From positions 1 to 43,168 of the forward strand of contig JBIOYN010000146.1 in assembly GCA_044870155.1 (NCBI GenBank): DNA of 43,168 nucleotides, in the 5' to 3' direction. The position numbers and the translations under genes are program-made. The DNA comes from Acidimicrobiia bacterium. Its GTDB lineage: Bacteria > Actinomycetota > Acidimicrobiia > IMCC26256 > BP-133. The notes under the pieces are model-generated. The model did no database searches. It had not been told where the DNA came from and was given only the letters and a program-made list of their open reading frames with translations. Shown piece after piece: positions 1 to 8,220 of this stretch (the first letter of the stretch is position 1; every line of letters starts with the position of its first letter).

Positions 1-264
1 GCGCCCGGCGATCCGGTAGCGGACGGGCTGGTAGACGGTCCACCACTGGGGACCGGCGATGTGCTCGTGGACCGGCGAGATCTCGACCCAGCCGTAGCCC
101 GCCGGGCCCAGGGTGTCGGTGCAGGCCGTGGCCACGGAGTCGAAGCTCCACTGGAACAGCGTGGCCGTGACCTCCTTGTCCCCGGGCGGCGCGGCCCGCA
201 CGGGGGGCGGGAGGGCGAGGGCCAGCGTCGCCGCCAGCAGCGCCACCCGGCGGCAACGCCGCAT
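1..264 (-). CDS. alpha-amylase (GH13-like), N-terminal fragment running off the window edge
   Basis: Not in the ORF track because it is truncated. The minus-strand ATG at 264..262 gives [88 protein letters not shown]. This is a signal peptide followed by the conserved N-terminal block of secreted actinobacterial alpha-amylases (LFxWxF..VA..C...LGPAGYG.V..SP..EH..G.QWW..YQPV.Y.IAGR). The start shares 1 nt with the upstream stop (TGATG). Confidence 0.6.
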   Translation of the reverse strand, partial: MRRCRRVALLAATLALALPPPVRAAPPGDKEVTATLFQWSFDSVATACTDTLGPAGYGWVEISPVHEHIAGPQWWTVYQPVRYRIAGR

Positions 265-743
265 CACTCCCGCCCGGGAATGAGCACCGCCGGCATCTGG
301 CACGGGCGCAGGTCCTTCACCAGGTCGTCCATGCGCCGGTGGATGGGGGCGTCGCCGGCCCGGGGCCAGGGCGCGCCGGCCCGGCGGGCGGCCACCACCC
401 GGTCCCAGTCCGCCAGCCACGCCTCCGCCGGCCGGTCACCCTGCAGCGTCTCGGGCCCCAGCGCCCGCAGGCGCGCCACCATGGCCTCCACGGCCCGGTT
501 CCGGGCCTCGTCATCGGCGGTGGCCGCCACCTGGCGCCGCATCTCCTGGCAGGCGGCCAGGGCCTCATTCCGCACCGGGGTGCTGTCCAGCGACTTGGCG
601 TCGTCCCGGCCCTCGAACACGTAGGGCCCGATGGCCCAGGCGGCGCCCACGAGCAGCGTGACGGCACAGCCGGCGAGGAGTCCCTTGTGGGCGGCCACGA
701 CCCCCAGAGAATGCCCGACGCCCCCCGCGGGCCGGGAACTCAC
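264..743 (-). CDS. hypothetical membrane-anchored protein (159 aa)
   Basis: ORF track entry. It has one N-terminal hydrophobic helix ([18 protein letters not shown]). The GTG start overlaps the livF stop (GTGA) and its stop overlaps the amylase start. No family recognised. Confidence 0.5.
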   Translation of the reverse strand: MSSRPAGGVGHSLGVVAAHKGLLAGCAVTLLVGAAWAIGPYVFEGRDDAKSLDSTPVRNEALAACQEMRRQVAATADDEARNRAVEAMVARLRALGPETLQGDRPAEAWLADWDRVVAARRAGAPWPRAGDAPIHRRMDDLVKDLRPCQMPAVLIPGRE

Positions 744-1459
744 CCCTTCGTGACGTCACCGCCGAGGTAGGCGGCCTTGACCGACTCGTCCTCCAGGAGG
801 GATCGGGCCTCGGAGGTCTTGACGATGCGGCCCGTCTCCAGCACGTAGGCCCGGTGCGCCCGTTGCAACGCCTGGGCGGCGTTCTGCTCCACCAGGAGGA
901 TGGTGGTGCCCTGGCGGTTGATCTCGGTGATGGTGTCGAACACCTGGGAGACGACCTTGGGGGCCAGGCCCATCGACGGCTCGTCCAGCAGCAGCAGGTG
1001 GGGACGGGCCATGAGCGCCCGCCCGATGGCCAGCATCTGCTGCTCGCCCCCCGACAGCGTCCCGCCGGCCTGCTTGATGCGCTCCGACAGACGGGGGAAC
1101 AGGCCCAGCACCCGCTCGATGTCGGGCCGCAGGTCGGCCCGCCGCCGGCCGTAGGCGCCCATCTCCAGGTTCTCCCGCACCGTCATGCCCGGAAAGATGC
1201 CCCGCCCCTCGGGGGCATGGGCCACGCCCATCTCCACCAGGCGGTGGGGGGCCGCGCCCACGATGTCCCGGCCGCCCAGGCGGATGCACCCCTCGGCCAC
1301 CGGGCGCAGGCCGGAGATGGTCTTCAGCGTGGTGGACTTCCCGGCCCCGTTGCCGCCGATGAGGGTGACGATCTCGCCCTCGTCCACGTCGAGGGAGATC
1401 CCCTTGAGCGCCTCCACCTTGCCGTAGCGGACGCGGACGTTCTCCAGCTCAAGCAGCAT
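740..1459 (-). CDS. livF: branched-chain amino acid ABC transporter ATP-binding protein LivF
   Basis: 239 aa. Walker A GGNGAGKST, signature LSGGEQQMLAIGRA, Walker B LLLLDEPS, and typical LivF N-terminus MLLELENVRVRYGK. Confidence 0.9.
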   Translation of the reverse strand: MLLELENVRVRYGKVEALKGISLDVDEGEIVTLIGGNGAGKSTTLKTISGLRPVAEGCIRLGGRDIVGAAPHRLVEMGVAHAPEGRGIFPGMTVRENLEMGAYGRRRADLRPDIERVLGLFPRLSERIKQAGGTLSGGEQQMLAIGRALMARPHLLLLDEPSMGLAPKVVSQVFDTITEINRQGTTILLVEQNAAQALQRAHRAYVLETGRIVKTSEARSLLEDESVKAAYLGGDVTKG

Positions 1460-3479
1460 CGGTCGTCCCCAGGTAGGCCTCGATGACGCGGGGATCGGCC
1501 TGGATCTCCTGGGGCGGCCCCTCGGCGATCTTCTCGCCGAAGTCGAGGACGGCCACCCGGTCGCACACGCCCATGACCAGGCCCATGTCGTGTTCGATGA
1601 GGACGACGGTCAGGCCCGAGTCGCGGATCTTGCGGATGAGGCCCACCAGCGCCTTCTTCTCCGAGGGGTTCATGCCCGCCGCCGGCTCGTCGAGGAGCAG
1701 CACGCTGGGCCCGGTGGCGATGGCCCGGGCGATCTCCAGGCGGCGCTGGTCGCCGTAGGGGAGGTTGCGGGCCAGGTCGTCCGAGCGCTGGGGGATGCCG
1801 ACGTACTGCAGCAGGCGCTGGCTCTCGGCCCGGCCGTCGCGCTCCTCGCGGCGGTGGCGGGGGAGCCCCAGAAGGGCGCCCGGCACGCTGGTGTGGTGAC
1901 GGGCGTCCGCCCCCACCAGCACGTTCTCCAGGGCGGTGACGTTGGGGAACAAGCGGATGTTCTGGAACGTGCGGGCCACCCCCGCCTCGGTGATGGCGTG
2001 CGGCCGCTTGCCGACCACCGAGTGCCCGTTGACCAGGATCTCGCCCCCGGTGGGGCGGAAGAAGCCGGTCACGCAGTTGAACAGCGTGGTCTTGCCGGCG
2101 CCGTTGGGCCCGATGATTCCGAAGATCTGACCCCGGCGCACCGACACCGACACCTGGTTCATGGCCACCACACCGCCGAAGGCCATGGTCACGTCGCGCA
2201 GCTCGAGGACGGTCTCGGCGGCCTCGATGTCGACGGGCAGCTCGGCGGCGGCATCGCCATCGCTCCCACCCCCGGCGTCGGCCCCGCCCCGCACGGCGGG
2301 GACCTCGGCCGGCTCCTCCTCCACCACCTCCGTGGTGGTGACCACGGCGCCGGCCAGGCCGCCCGCCCCGCCCGCTTCGGCCAGCTCGGCGGCCCGCTGG
2401 CGGCTGGGGATCAGCCCTTGGGGCCGGAACACCATCATCGCCACCAGGGCGGCCCCGAACAGCAGCACCCGGTACTCGGTGATGGTGCCCACGTTGCCGC
2501 CGGTCAGGTCGTTGAGCCGGTCGGTCAGCCACGCCCCGGCGGGCGCGTCCCGCAGGTACTCGGGCAGGAAGGCGATGGCAAAGGCGCCGGCCACCACGCC
2601 GGGGATCGAGCCCATGCCGCCCAGCACCACGGCGGCCAGGATGATGACGGAGAAGAAGAACGGGAAGTTGTCGGGGTTGATGAAGGCGACCTTGCTGGCG
2701 TAGATCCACCCCGCCAGCCCACCGGTGGAGGCGCCCATGGCGAAGGCCCACAGCTTCATGGTGAAGGTGTGGACGCCCATGGCCTCGGCGGCGTCCTCGT
2801 CCTCCCGGATGGCCGACCATGCCCGGCCGACGCGGGAGCGGTTGAGGCGGAGGACCATGACGATGGTCAGGATCACGGCCACCAGCGTCAGGTAGTAGTA
2901 GGGCAGGGGCAGCAGCGCGAAGTTGGCGCCGAGGAGCTTGCCCGGGTGGGCGATCCCGGTGATGCCCCGGGCCTCACCCAGCGACCCGCTGTTCTGGGCC
3001 ACGATGCGCACGATCTCCCCGAAGCCGAGGGTGACGATGGCGAGGTAGTCGCCCCGGAGGCGCAGCGTTGGTGCCCCCAGCGTCACCCCCGCCACCATGG
3101 CGATGACCACGGCCACGGGGAGGGCCTCCCATGCCGTCCAGTGCGCCTTGGTGGTGAGCATGGCCGTCGAGTACGCCCCCACGGCGTAGAAGGCCACGTA
3201 GCCCAGGTCGAGGAGCCCGGCCGCGCCCACCACGATGTTCAGCCCCAGGGCCAGGAGGATGTAGACGCACACCGGGAAGAACAGGATGCTCTGCCAGTAC
3301 CGCTCCCGGGGCCCGGTGATGAGCAGGGGAAGGACGACGAAGAAGGCGAGGATCGCCACCGCGGCCACCATCCGCGTCCACCGGGGCTGGCGGGCGAACC
3401 AGCGGCTCACCGGGTCGACCACCGCCAAATGGGAGCGGACGACGGCCAGCCGCTGGCGTCGGGCGGCGGTCGGGGTCAC
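1449..3479 (-). CDS. fused LivM-type permease / LivG-type ATPase of a branched-chain amino acid ABC transporter
   Basis: The 998-aa track ORF is only believable from the GTG at 3479, which overlaps the livH stop as GTGA. The N-terminal half is a multi-TM LivM-like permease (LGLNIVVGAAGLLDLGYVAFYAVGAY). An acidic/Gly linker follows, then a LivG-like ATPase (GPNGAGKTT, YGDQRRLEIARA, LLLDEPAAG). There is no stop between the two halves. Confidence 0.85.
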   Translation of the reverse strand: MTPTAARRQRLAVVRSHLAVVDPVSRWFARQPRWTRMVAAVAILAFFVVLPLLITGPRERYWQSILFFPVCVYILLALGLNIVVGAAGLLDLGYVAFYAVGAYSTAMLTTKAHWTAWEALPVAVVIAMVAGVTLGAPTLRLRGDYLAIVTLGFGEIVRIVAQNSGSLGEARGITGIAHPGKLLGANFALLPLPYYYLTLVAVILTIVMVLRLNRSRVGRAWSAIREDEDAAEAMGVHTFTMKLWAFAMGASTGGLAGWIYASKVAFINPDNFPFFFSVIILAAVVLGGMGSIPGVVAGAFAIAFLPEYLRDAPAGAWLTDRLNDLTGGNVGTITEYRVLLFGAALVAMMVFRPQGLIPSRQRAAELAEAGGAGGLAGAVVTTTEVVEEEPAEVPAVRGGADAGGGSDGDAAAELPVDIEAAETVLELRDVTMAFGGVVAMNQVSVSVRRGQIFGIIGPNGAGKTTLFNCVTGFFRPTGGEILVNGHSVVGKRPHAITEAGVARTFQNIRLFPNVTALENVLVGADARHHTSVPGALLGLPRHRREERDGRAESQRLLQYVGIPQRSDDLARNLPYGDQRRLEIARAIATGPSVLLLDEPAAGMNPSEKKALVGLIRKIRDSGLTVVLIEHDMGLVMGVCDRVAVLDFGEKIAEGPPQEIQADPRVIEAYLGTTDAA

Positions 3480-4432
3480 GCCCGTGCCTTCCCCAGCGAC
3501 TCGCCCAGCAGTCCGGTGGGGCGGAACATGAGCACGAGGACGAGCATGGTGAAGGCGAAGACGTCCTTCCACTCCCCGCCCAGCACCGTGGCCCCGTAGT
3601 TCTCCAGCAGGCCGAGGGCGAGGCCGCCGACGAGGGCGCCCCGGATGTTGCCGATGCCACCGAGGACGGCGGCGGTGAAGGCCTTGATCCCGGGGAGGAA
3701 GCCGATGTTGTAGCGGGCCGCCTCGAAGAAGATCCCGTAGAGCGTCCCCGCCGCCCCCGCCAGCATGCCGCCGAGCAGGAAGGTGAGCATGACCACCCGG
3801 TCGATGTTGACGCCCATGAGGGCGGCGGTCTCGGCGTCCTGGGCCGTGGCCCGGATGCCCCGACCCAGGCGGGACTTGGCCACGAAGCGCTCGAGGGCGA
3901 TCATCAGAACGAGGGCCCCGAGGATCACCAGCACCTTGTCGGCGCGGACGTTGGCGCCGAAGAAGTCGACCAGCTCCCGCTTGGCCAGGATGCGGGGGAA
4001 CCCGAGGAAGTCCCGGCCGTAGCGGGCGGCGAACAGCTCCTGGAGGAACAGGGAGATCCCGATGGCGGTGATCAAGGCCGCCAGCCGGGGTGCCCCCCGG
4101 CGTCGCAGGGGCCGGTAGGCGATCCGCTCCACGGCCACGGCCACGCCGCCGGAGACGGCCATGGCGATGGCCATGACGACGATCACGGTGACGGCGAGGC
4201 CCAGCCCGGTACGGGGGTCGTCGGCGATCTCGATGCCCAGGCCGTGCATGGCGAAGAGCGAGGTGAAGATCCCGATCATGAAGATCTCGGAGTGGGCGAA
4301 GTTGATGAGGCGCAGCACGCCGTAGACCAGCGTGTAGCCCAGGGCGATCAGGGCGTAGATGGCCCCCAGCGTCAGCCCATCGAGGGTCTGAGGCCAGAAC
4401 TGGTCCTTCAGGCAGCTGAAGCAGTGCTCGAT
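3476..4432 (-). CDS. livH: branched-chain amino acid ABC transporter permease LivH
   Basis: The track ORF starts at GTG 4318, but the conserved first helix (LDGLTLGAIYALIALGYTLVYG) lies in-frame upstream of it. The frame opens just after a TGA at 4444..4442 and has no ATG/GTG/TTG before 4318. The best candidate is ATC at 4432, 5 nt after an AGGAG Shine-Dalgarno. The 5' end is therefore uncertain. Confidence 0.8.
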   Translation of the reverse strand: MEHCFSCLKDQFWPQTLDGLTLGAIYALIALGYTLVYGVLRLINFAHSEIFMIGIFTSLFAMHGLGIEIADDPRTGLGLAVTVIVVMAIAMAVSGGVAVAVERIAYRPLRRRGAPRLAALITAIGISLFLQELFAARYGRDFLGFPRILAKRELVDFFGANVRADKVLVILGALVLMIALERFVAKSRLGRGIRATAQDAETAALMGVNIDRVVMLTFLLGGMLAGAAGTLYGIFFEAARYNIGFLPGIKAFTAAVLGGIGNIRGALVGGLALGLLENYGATVLGGEWKDVFAFTMLVLVLMFRPTGLLGESLGKARA

Positions 4433-4446
4433 GGTGGCTCCTCATG

Positions 4447-4479
4447 GGGACGGGGGGCGTCCCTGACGCCCCCCGTCCC
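4447..4479 (-). terminator. strong intercistronic stem-loop between the SBP gene and livH
   Basis: Perfect 14-bp GC-rich stem with a 5-nt loop (plus strand GGGACGGGGGGCGT ccctg ACGCCCCCCGTCCC). It lies 21 nt after the SBP stop, immediately before the livH SD. No U-tract follows. Confidence 0.45.
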
Positions 4480-4499
4480 AGCTTCCCATGCGCAGGGCC

Positions 4500-5699
4500 T
4501 CAGCTACCGGCCAGCTCCGACGTCTTCCCCAGCTCGGTGATCTTCCCGTTCTTCACCTCGTAGACGAACACGTCGCCCGCCTTGACGTTGCCGTTGTCCT
4601 CGAACTGGATGGTCTTGGACACGCCGTCGTAGCTGTCCAGGGTCTCCACGTAGTCGAGCAGCTTGGGCCGGGTGTCGTTCCCGGCCTCGATGCCCTGGAT
4701 GAGGATGTTGATGGCGTCATAGCCCTCGCTGGAGTAGGTGCCCGGGTCCCGCTTGATGACTTCCTTGTACTTGGTGGCGTAGGCGCCGCCCTTCCCCTCG
4801 AGCTCGGGGGTGGCCAGGCGGCAGGGGCAGGTGAGGAGGGCGCCCTCCCCGCCGGCGGCGCCGGAGCTGGTCACGAAGCCGGGGTCGAGGGAACCGTCAC
4901 CACTGATGAACTTGGCGGTCACGCCGGCGTCGGTGAGCTGCTTCTTGAACCGGCCCGCCTCGTTGTAGTAGCCGCCGTAGAACACCATGTCGACCTTGCC
5001 CGCCCGCACCTTGTTGACGGCGGCCGAATAGTCCTGACCCTTGGGGTCGATGGCGTCAGTGGTCGACGTGTCGACGCCGCCCTCCTTGAGCAGCGGCAGC
5101 ACGCCCTCCCACAGGCCCTTGCCGTACTCGCTGTTGTCGTGGATGAGGGCGACCTTCTTGGGCTTGATGGACTTGAGGACGTAGTCGGCGACGCCCTTGG
5201 CCTGCACGCCGTCGTCAGGAATGACCCGATGGAACACCTTGGTGCCGGGGACGACGTCGGGCAGGGCGACGTTGGTGCAGGAGGCACTGATCATGACCAG
5301 GCCGGCGGCGTCGAGGTCGGGCAGCACAGCCTTGGTCTCACCCGAGAACGTCGGCCCGACGATACCGATGATCGACTCGTCCGGGACGTACTTGTCCTTC
5401 TGTCCGGGCGCCTGCTCGGGCAGGCCCTGGGTGTCGAACTGCTTCATCTCGTACGTGTACTTGGTGCTCTTGGCGTTCCACTCCTCGAGCGCCACTGTCA
5501 TCCCATCCCGGATGTTGATCCCGAGGTTGGCGTTGTCACCCGTGAGCGGGCCGACGAAGCCGATGGCGACCGTCTTCTTGCCATCGCCGGATGTCTCGCC
5601 GCCCGAGCTGGATTGGTTGTCGTCGCTGCCGCATGCCGCCAACACCATGGAGGCGGCCATCACGCCGGCCGCCCACCGGCTCCATCGGGACCTGGTCAT
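4500..5699 (-). CDS. Leu/Ile/Val-type (PBP type 1) ABC substrate-binding lipoprotein
   Basis: 399 aa. Signal peptide with lipobox LAAC followed by a Ser/Gly linker. LivK/LivJ-like body, located first in the liv operon. SD GAGGAGG lies upstream of the ATG. Confidence 0.88.
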   Translation of the reverse strand: MTRSRWSRWAAGVMAASMVLAACGSDDNQSSSGGETSGDGKKTVAIGFVGPLTGDNANLGINIRDGMTVALEEWNAKSTKYTYEMKQFDTQGLPEQAPGQKDKYVPDESIIGIVGPTFSGETKAVLPDLDAAGLVMISASCTNVALPDVVPGTKVFHRVIPDDGVQAKGVADYVLKSIKPKKVALIHDNSEYGKGLWEGVLPLLKEGGVDTSTTDAIDPKGQDYSAAVNKVRAGKVDMVFYGGYYNEAGRFKKQLTDAGVTAKFISGDGSLDPGFVTSSGAAGGEGALLTCPCRLATPELEGKGGAYATKYKEVIKRDPGTYSSEGYDAINILIQGIEAGNDTRPKLLDYVETLDSYDGVSKTIQFEDNGNVKAGDVFVYEVKNGKITELGKTSELAGS

Positions 5700-5773
5700 G
5701 CAGAGCCTCCTCGCTCGTCCCGTCCGTCCGTCACTCGTGGGTGAAATACGGACGCGGCGATAGGGTACCCAAG

Positions 5774-6610
5774 GTGCGTTCTCCCCTAGCGGACACCGGC
5801 GCGGCCGCGGACAAGCTGCGGGACGTTCGCGCCCGTTTGCGACATTTGGGGCGCGTCGTGGTCGCCTGCTCGGGCGGTGTCGACTCCTCGCTCCTGGCCG
5901 TGGTGGCCGCTCAGGAGCTCGGCTCGGGCGCCCTGGCGGTGACGGCCGTGTCCCCCGCCGTGCCCGCCGAGGAGGTGGCGGCCGTGGCCGCCCTGGCCCG
6001 CCAGTGGAGGTTCCGGTGGCAGGGGGTGCGGACCGCCGAGCTGGACCGCCCCGGCTACGTGGCCAATGCCGGCGACCGCTGCTACCACTGCCGCTCCGAG
6101 CTCTTCGACGTGCTCGGCCCCATCGCCGAGGCCGAGGGGGCGGTGATCGCGGTGGGCACCATCGCCGATGACCTCTCCGACCACCGCCCCGGCCAACGCG
6201 CCGCCGCCGAGCACGGGGTGCTCACCCCCCTGGCCGACGCCGGCTGCACCAAGGCCGACGTCCGGGCCGCGGCCCGGGCCCTGGGCCTGGCGGTGTGGGA
6301 CAAGCCCGCCGCCCCCTGCCTGGCGTCGCGGATCCCCTACGGCACCCCCGTCACCATCGGGACGCTCAGCCGGGTGGGCCGGGCCGAGGCCGCCCTGCGG
6401 GCCCTGGGGTTCAACGATCTGCGGGTGCGCCACTACGGCGACGCCGCCCGGGTGGAGCTGCCCCTGGCCGACCTGCCCCGGGCCCGGGAGCGGGAGGGCG
6501 AGGTGGTGGCGGCCGTGCGGGCCGCCGGCTACGGCTCCGTCACCCTCGATCCGGACGGGCTACGGTCCGGGAACCTGAACGACGCGCTCCGAGACCGGGA
6601 GGGCACATGA
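5774..6610 (+). CDS. LarE-like PP-loop ATP pyrophosphatase / sulfur transferase (TIGR00268-like)
   Basis: The in-frame GTG at 5774 is the first start outside the divergent SBP gene. Motifs are PP-loop ACSGGVDSS, CxxC (DRCYHCRSELF) and the LarE-type PCLASRIPYG motif. A TAGGGT (-10 like) at 5761..5766, 7 nt upstream, suggests a leaderless transcript. Confidence 0.72.
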   Translation: MRSPLADTGAAADKLRDVRARLRHLGRVVVACSGGVDSSLLAVVAAQELGSGALAVTAVSPAVPAEEVAAVAALARQWRFRWQGVRTAELDRPGYVANAGDRCYHCRSELFDVLGPIAEAEGAVIAVGTIADDLSDHRPGQRAAAEHGVLTPLADAGCTKADVRAAARALGLAVWDKPAAPCLASRIPYGTPVTIGTLSRVGRAEAALRALGFNDLRVRHYGDAARVELPLADLPRAREREGEVVAAVRAAGYGSVTLDPDGLRSGNLNDALRDREGT

Positions 6611-6849
6611 GCCGGGCCCGCCTGTATCTCTCCTTTCCCGAGACGCTGGTCGAGCGCCCCCTGATCTTCGAGGCGGCCAACCGCTTCGGGGTCATGCCCA
6701 ACATCCGGCGGGCCAACGTGGAGGCCCACTCCGGCTGGGTCATCCTGGAGCTGTCCGGCGAGCAGCAGGCGATCGACGACGCCGTGGCGTGGTTCGCCGA
6801 GATCGGGGTGTCCGTCAACCGCATGGAGGGCGACGTCCTCGAGAGTTGA
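6607..6849 (+). CDS. stand-alone NIL-domain protein (80 aa)
   Basis: MSRARLYLSFPETLVERPLIFEAANRFGVMPNIRRANVEAHSGWVILELSGEQQAIDDAVAWF matches the MetN C-terminal NIL fold pattern (N-I-x-x-A-x-V). The ATG overlaps the larE-like stop (ATGA). Confidence 0.65.
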   Translation: MSRARLYLSFPETLVERPLIFEAANRFGVMPNIRRANVEAHSGWVILELSGEQQAIDDAVAWFAEIGVSVNRMEGDVLES

Positions 6850-7532
6850 TGCGCAAGCTGGTCACTCTCGTCCTCCTGGCCGTGGTCCTGGTGGCGGCGG
6901 ACGTCCTCACCCGGGGGTGGGCGGAGTCCGAGCTGGCGGCCCGGGCGGCGGCGTACTACCCGCCGTCGTCGGCCTCCTCCGCCGAGATCCACTCGTTCCC
7001 CTTCCTCGGGCGCCTGCTGGTGGGCGGTGACGTCTCCGCCGTGTCGCTGCGCCTGGAGAACGTGACCGCCGGAGTCCTCGCCCTCCGTCACCTGCGGTTC
7101 GACTTCGACGACGTCAAGGTCGACCGCACCGAGCTGTTCTCGGGGCGGGTGCGCGTCCTCGACGTCGGCGCCGGGCGGATGGAGGCGCTGGTGGACGGCA
7201 GCTCGGTGACCCGGGCCGTCGGCCTCGACGTGCGCTTCGCCGATGGCGAGGTGGAGGTCCACCGTGAGATCGCCGGCGTCGACGTGTCGGCCCGGGCACG
7301 CGTGACGCTGGAGGGGAACAGGCTGCGGGTCGTGCCCATCTCCGTCCAGGGGCTGCCGGTCCCCGCTTCCCGTCTCACGGTGGCCTACGACATCCCCGGG
7401 GTGCAGCTGCTGCCGTGCTCCGCCGCCGTCCGCCCCGTTCCCGAAGGGCTGGTGATCTCCTGCTCGGTCGACGACGTCCCTCCCGCGCTGATCCAGGGAG
7501 CCGCTGGCGCCGCTCTCCGGGCCCGCAATTAG
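6849..7532 (+). CDS. DUF2993 / LmeA-like membrane-anchored protein
   Basis: The ATG at 6849 overlaps the NIL stop (TGATG). It has an N-terminal TM (MRKLVTLVLLAVVLVAADVL) followed by a beta-rich body typical of DUF2993 (SAEIHSFPFLGRLLVGGDVSAVSLRLENV). Confidence 0.55.
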   Translation: MRKLVTLVLLAVVLVAADVLTRGWAESELAARAAAYYPPSSASSAEIHSFPFLGRLLVGGDVSAVSLRLENVTAGVLALRHLRFDFDDVKVDRTELFSGRVRVLDVGAGRMEALVDGSSVTRAVGLDVRFADGEVEVHREIAGVDVSARARVTLEGNRLRVVPISVQGLPVPASRLTVAYDIPGVQLLPCSAAVRPVPEGLVISCSVDDVPPALIQGAAGAALRARN

Positions 7533-7542
7533 GCTGCCGCCC

Positions 7543-8220
7543 ATGACCGATGTCTCTACGTCGCACCTGCTGCGCTGGGCGGAATCCCTGGCCGGTGTGG
7601 CCCGCACCGGGCTCGGCTTCACCCAGAACCTCTACGAGCGGGAGCGCTTCGAGGAGGTCCTCAAGATCGCCGCCGACATCCGCTGCGCGGCGGTGACCGA
7701 CGTGGAATCGGCCGTCCTGGTGGAGGAGTGGCTGGCCAGCGTGGGGGAGGGTGTACCCGGCTACGTCACCCCCAAGACGGCGGTGGGCGCCGTGGTGGGC
7801 AACGACACCGGCGAGATCCTCCTCGTCCAGCGGGCGGGGACGGGAGTGTGGCTCTATCCCACGGGGTGGGCCGACATCGGCTACTCGCCTTCCGAAGTGG
7901 CGGTCAAGGAGGTCCAGGAAGAGACCGGCATCGAGGCCGAGCCGCTCACCCTCATCAGCGTGTTCGACGGGTTGCGCCTCGGGTTCCACGCCATCCCGCT
8001 CTACTCCCTCGTCTTCCACTGCCGGGCGGTGGGCGGCGAGCTCCGCCCCCATCCCCTGGAGACACTCGACGTCGGGTTCTTCGCCCGCGACGCTCTGCCC
8101 GAGCCCCTGGCCGGCGCCGCCCGCTGGGTGGATCTGGCCTTCGCCGCCATCGACGGGAAGGTGGAGCGGGCCTACTTCGACTCGCCCCGGCCCGAGGTGT
8201 GGCGGGCGGACCCGGGCTAG
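7543..8220 (+). CDS. NUDIX hydrolase with N-terminal Nudix_N_2-like helical domain
   Basis: 225 aa. Nudix box GWADIGYSPSEVAVKEVQEETGIE. N-terminal LLRWAESLAGVARTGLGFTQNLYERERFEEV. It starts 10 nt after the preceding gene. Confidence 0.85.
   Translation: MTDVSTSHLLRWAESLAGVARTGLGFTQNLYERERFEEVLKIAADIRCAAVTDVESAVLVEEWLASVGEGVPGYVTPKTAVGAVVGNDTGEILLVQRAGTGVWLYPTGWADIGYSPSEVAVKEVQEETGIEAEPLTLISVFDGLRLGFHAIPLYSLVFHCRAVGGELRPHPLETLDVGFFARDALPEPLAGAARWVDLAFAAIDGKVERAYFDSPRPEVWRADPG

Noticed and set aside
1324-2820. Long alternative-frame ORFs with Arg/Pro/Gly-rich translations. Examples are 1324..2820, 1590..3599, 7375..8604, 8618..10150, 17400..18470, 19079..20374, 21567..22298, 22118..23872, 24374..25642, 31750..33927 and 33969..35072.
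   Set aside because: These are typical open-frame artefacts of a very high-GC genome. They overlap genes with clear family motifs, have RGPA-dominated low-complexity composition, and contain no recognisable domains.
3480-4445. N-terminal 320 aa of the 998-aa track ORF (1449..4445).
   Set aside because: This part runs out of frame across livH and translates to Arg/Pro-rich nonsense. The believable LivM start is the GTG at 3479, coupled to the livH stop.
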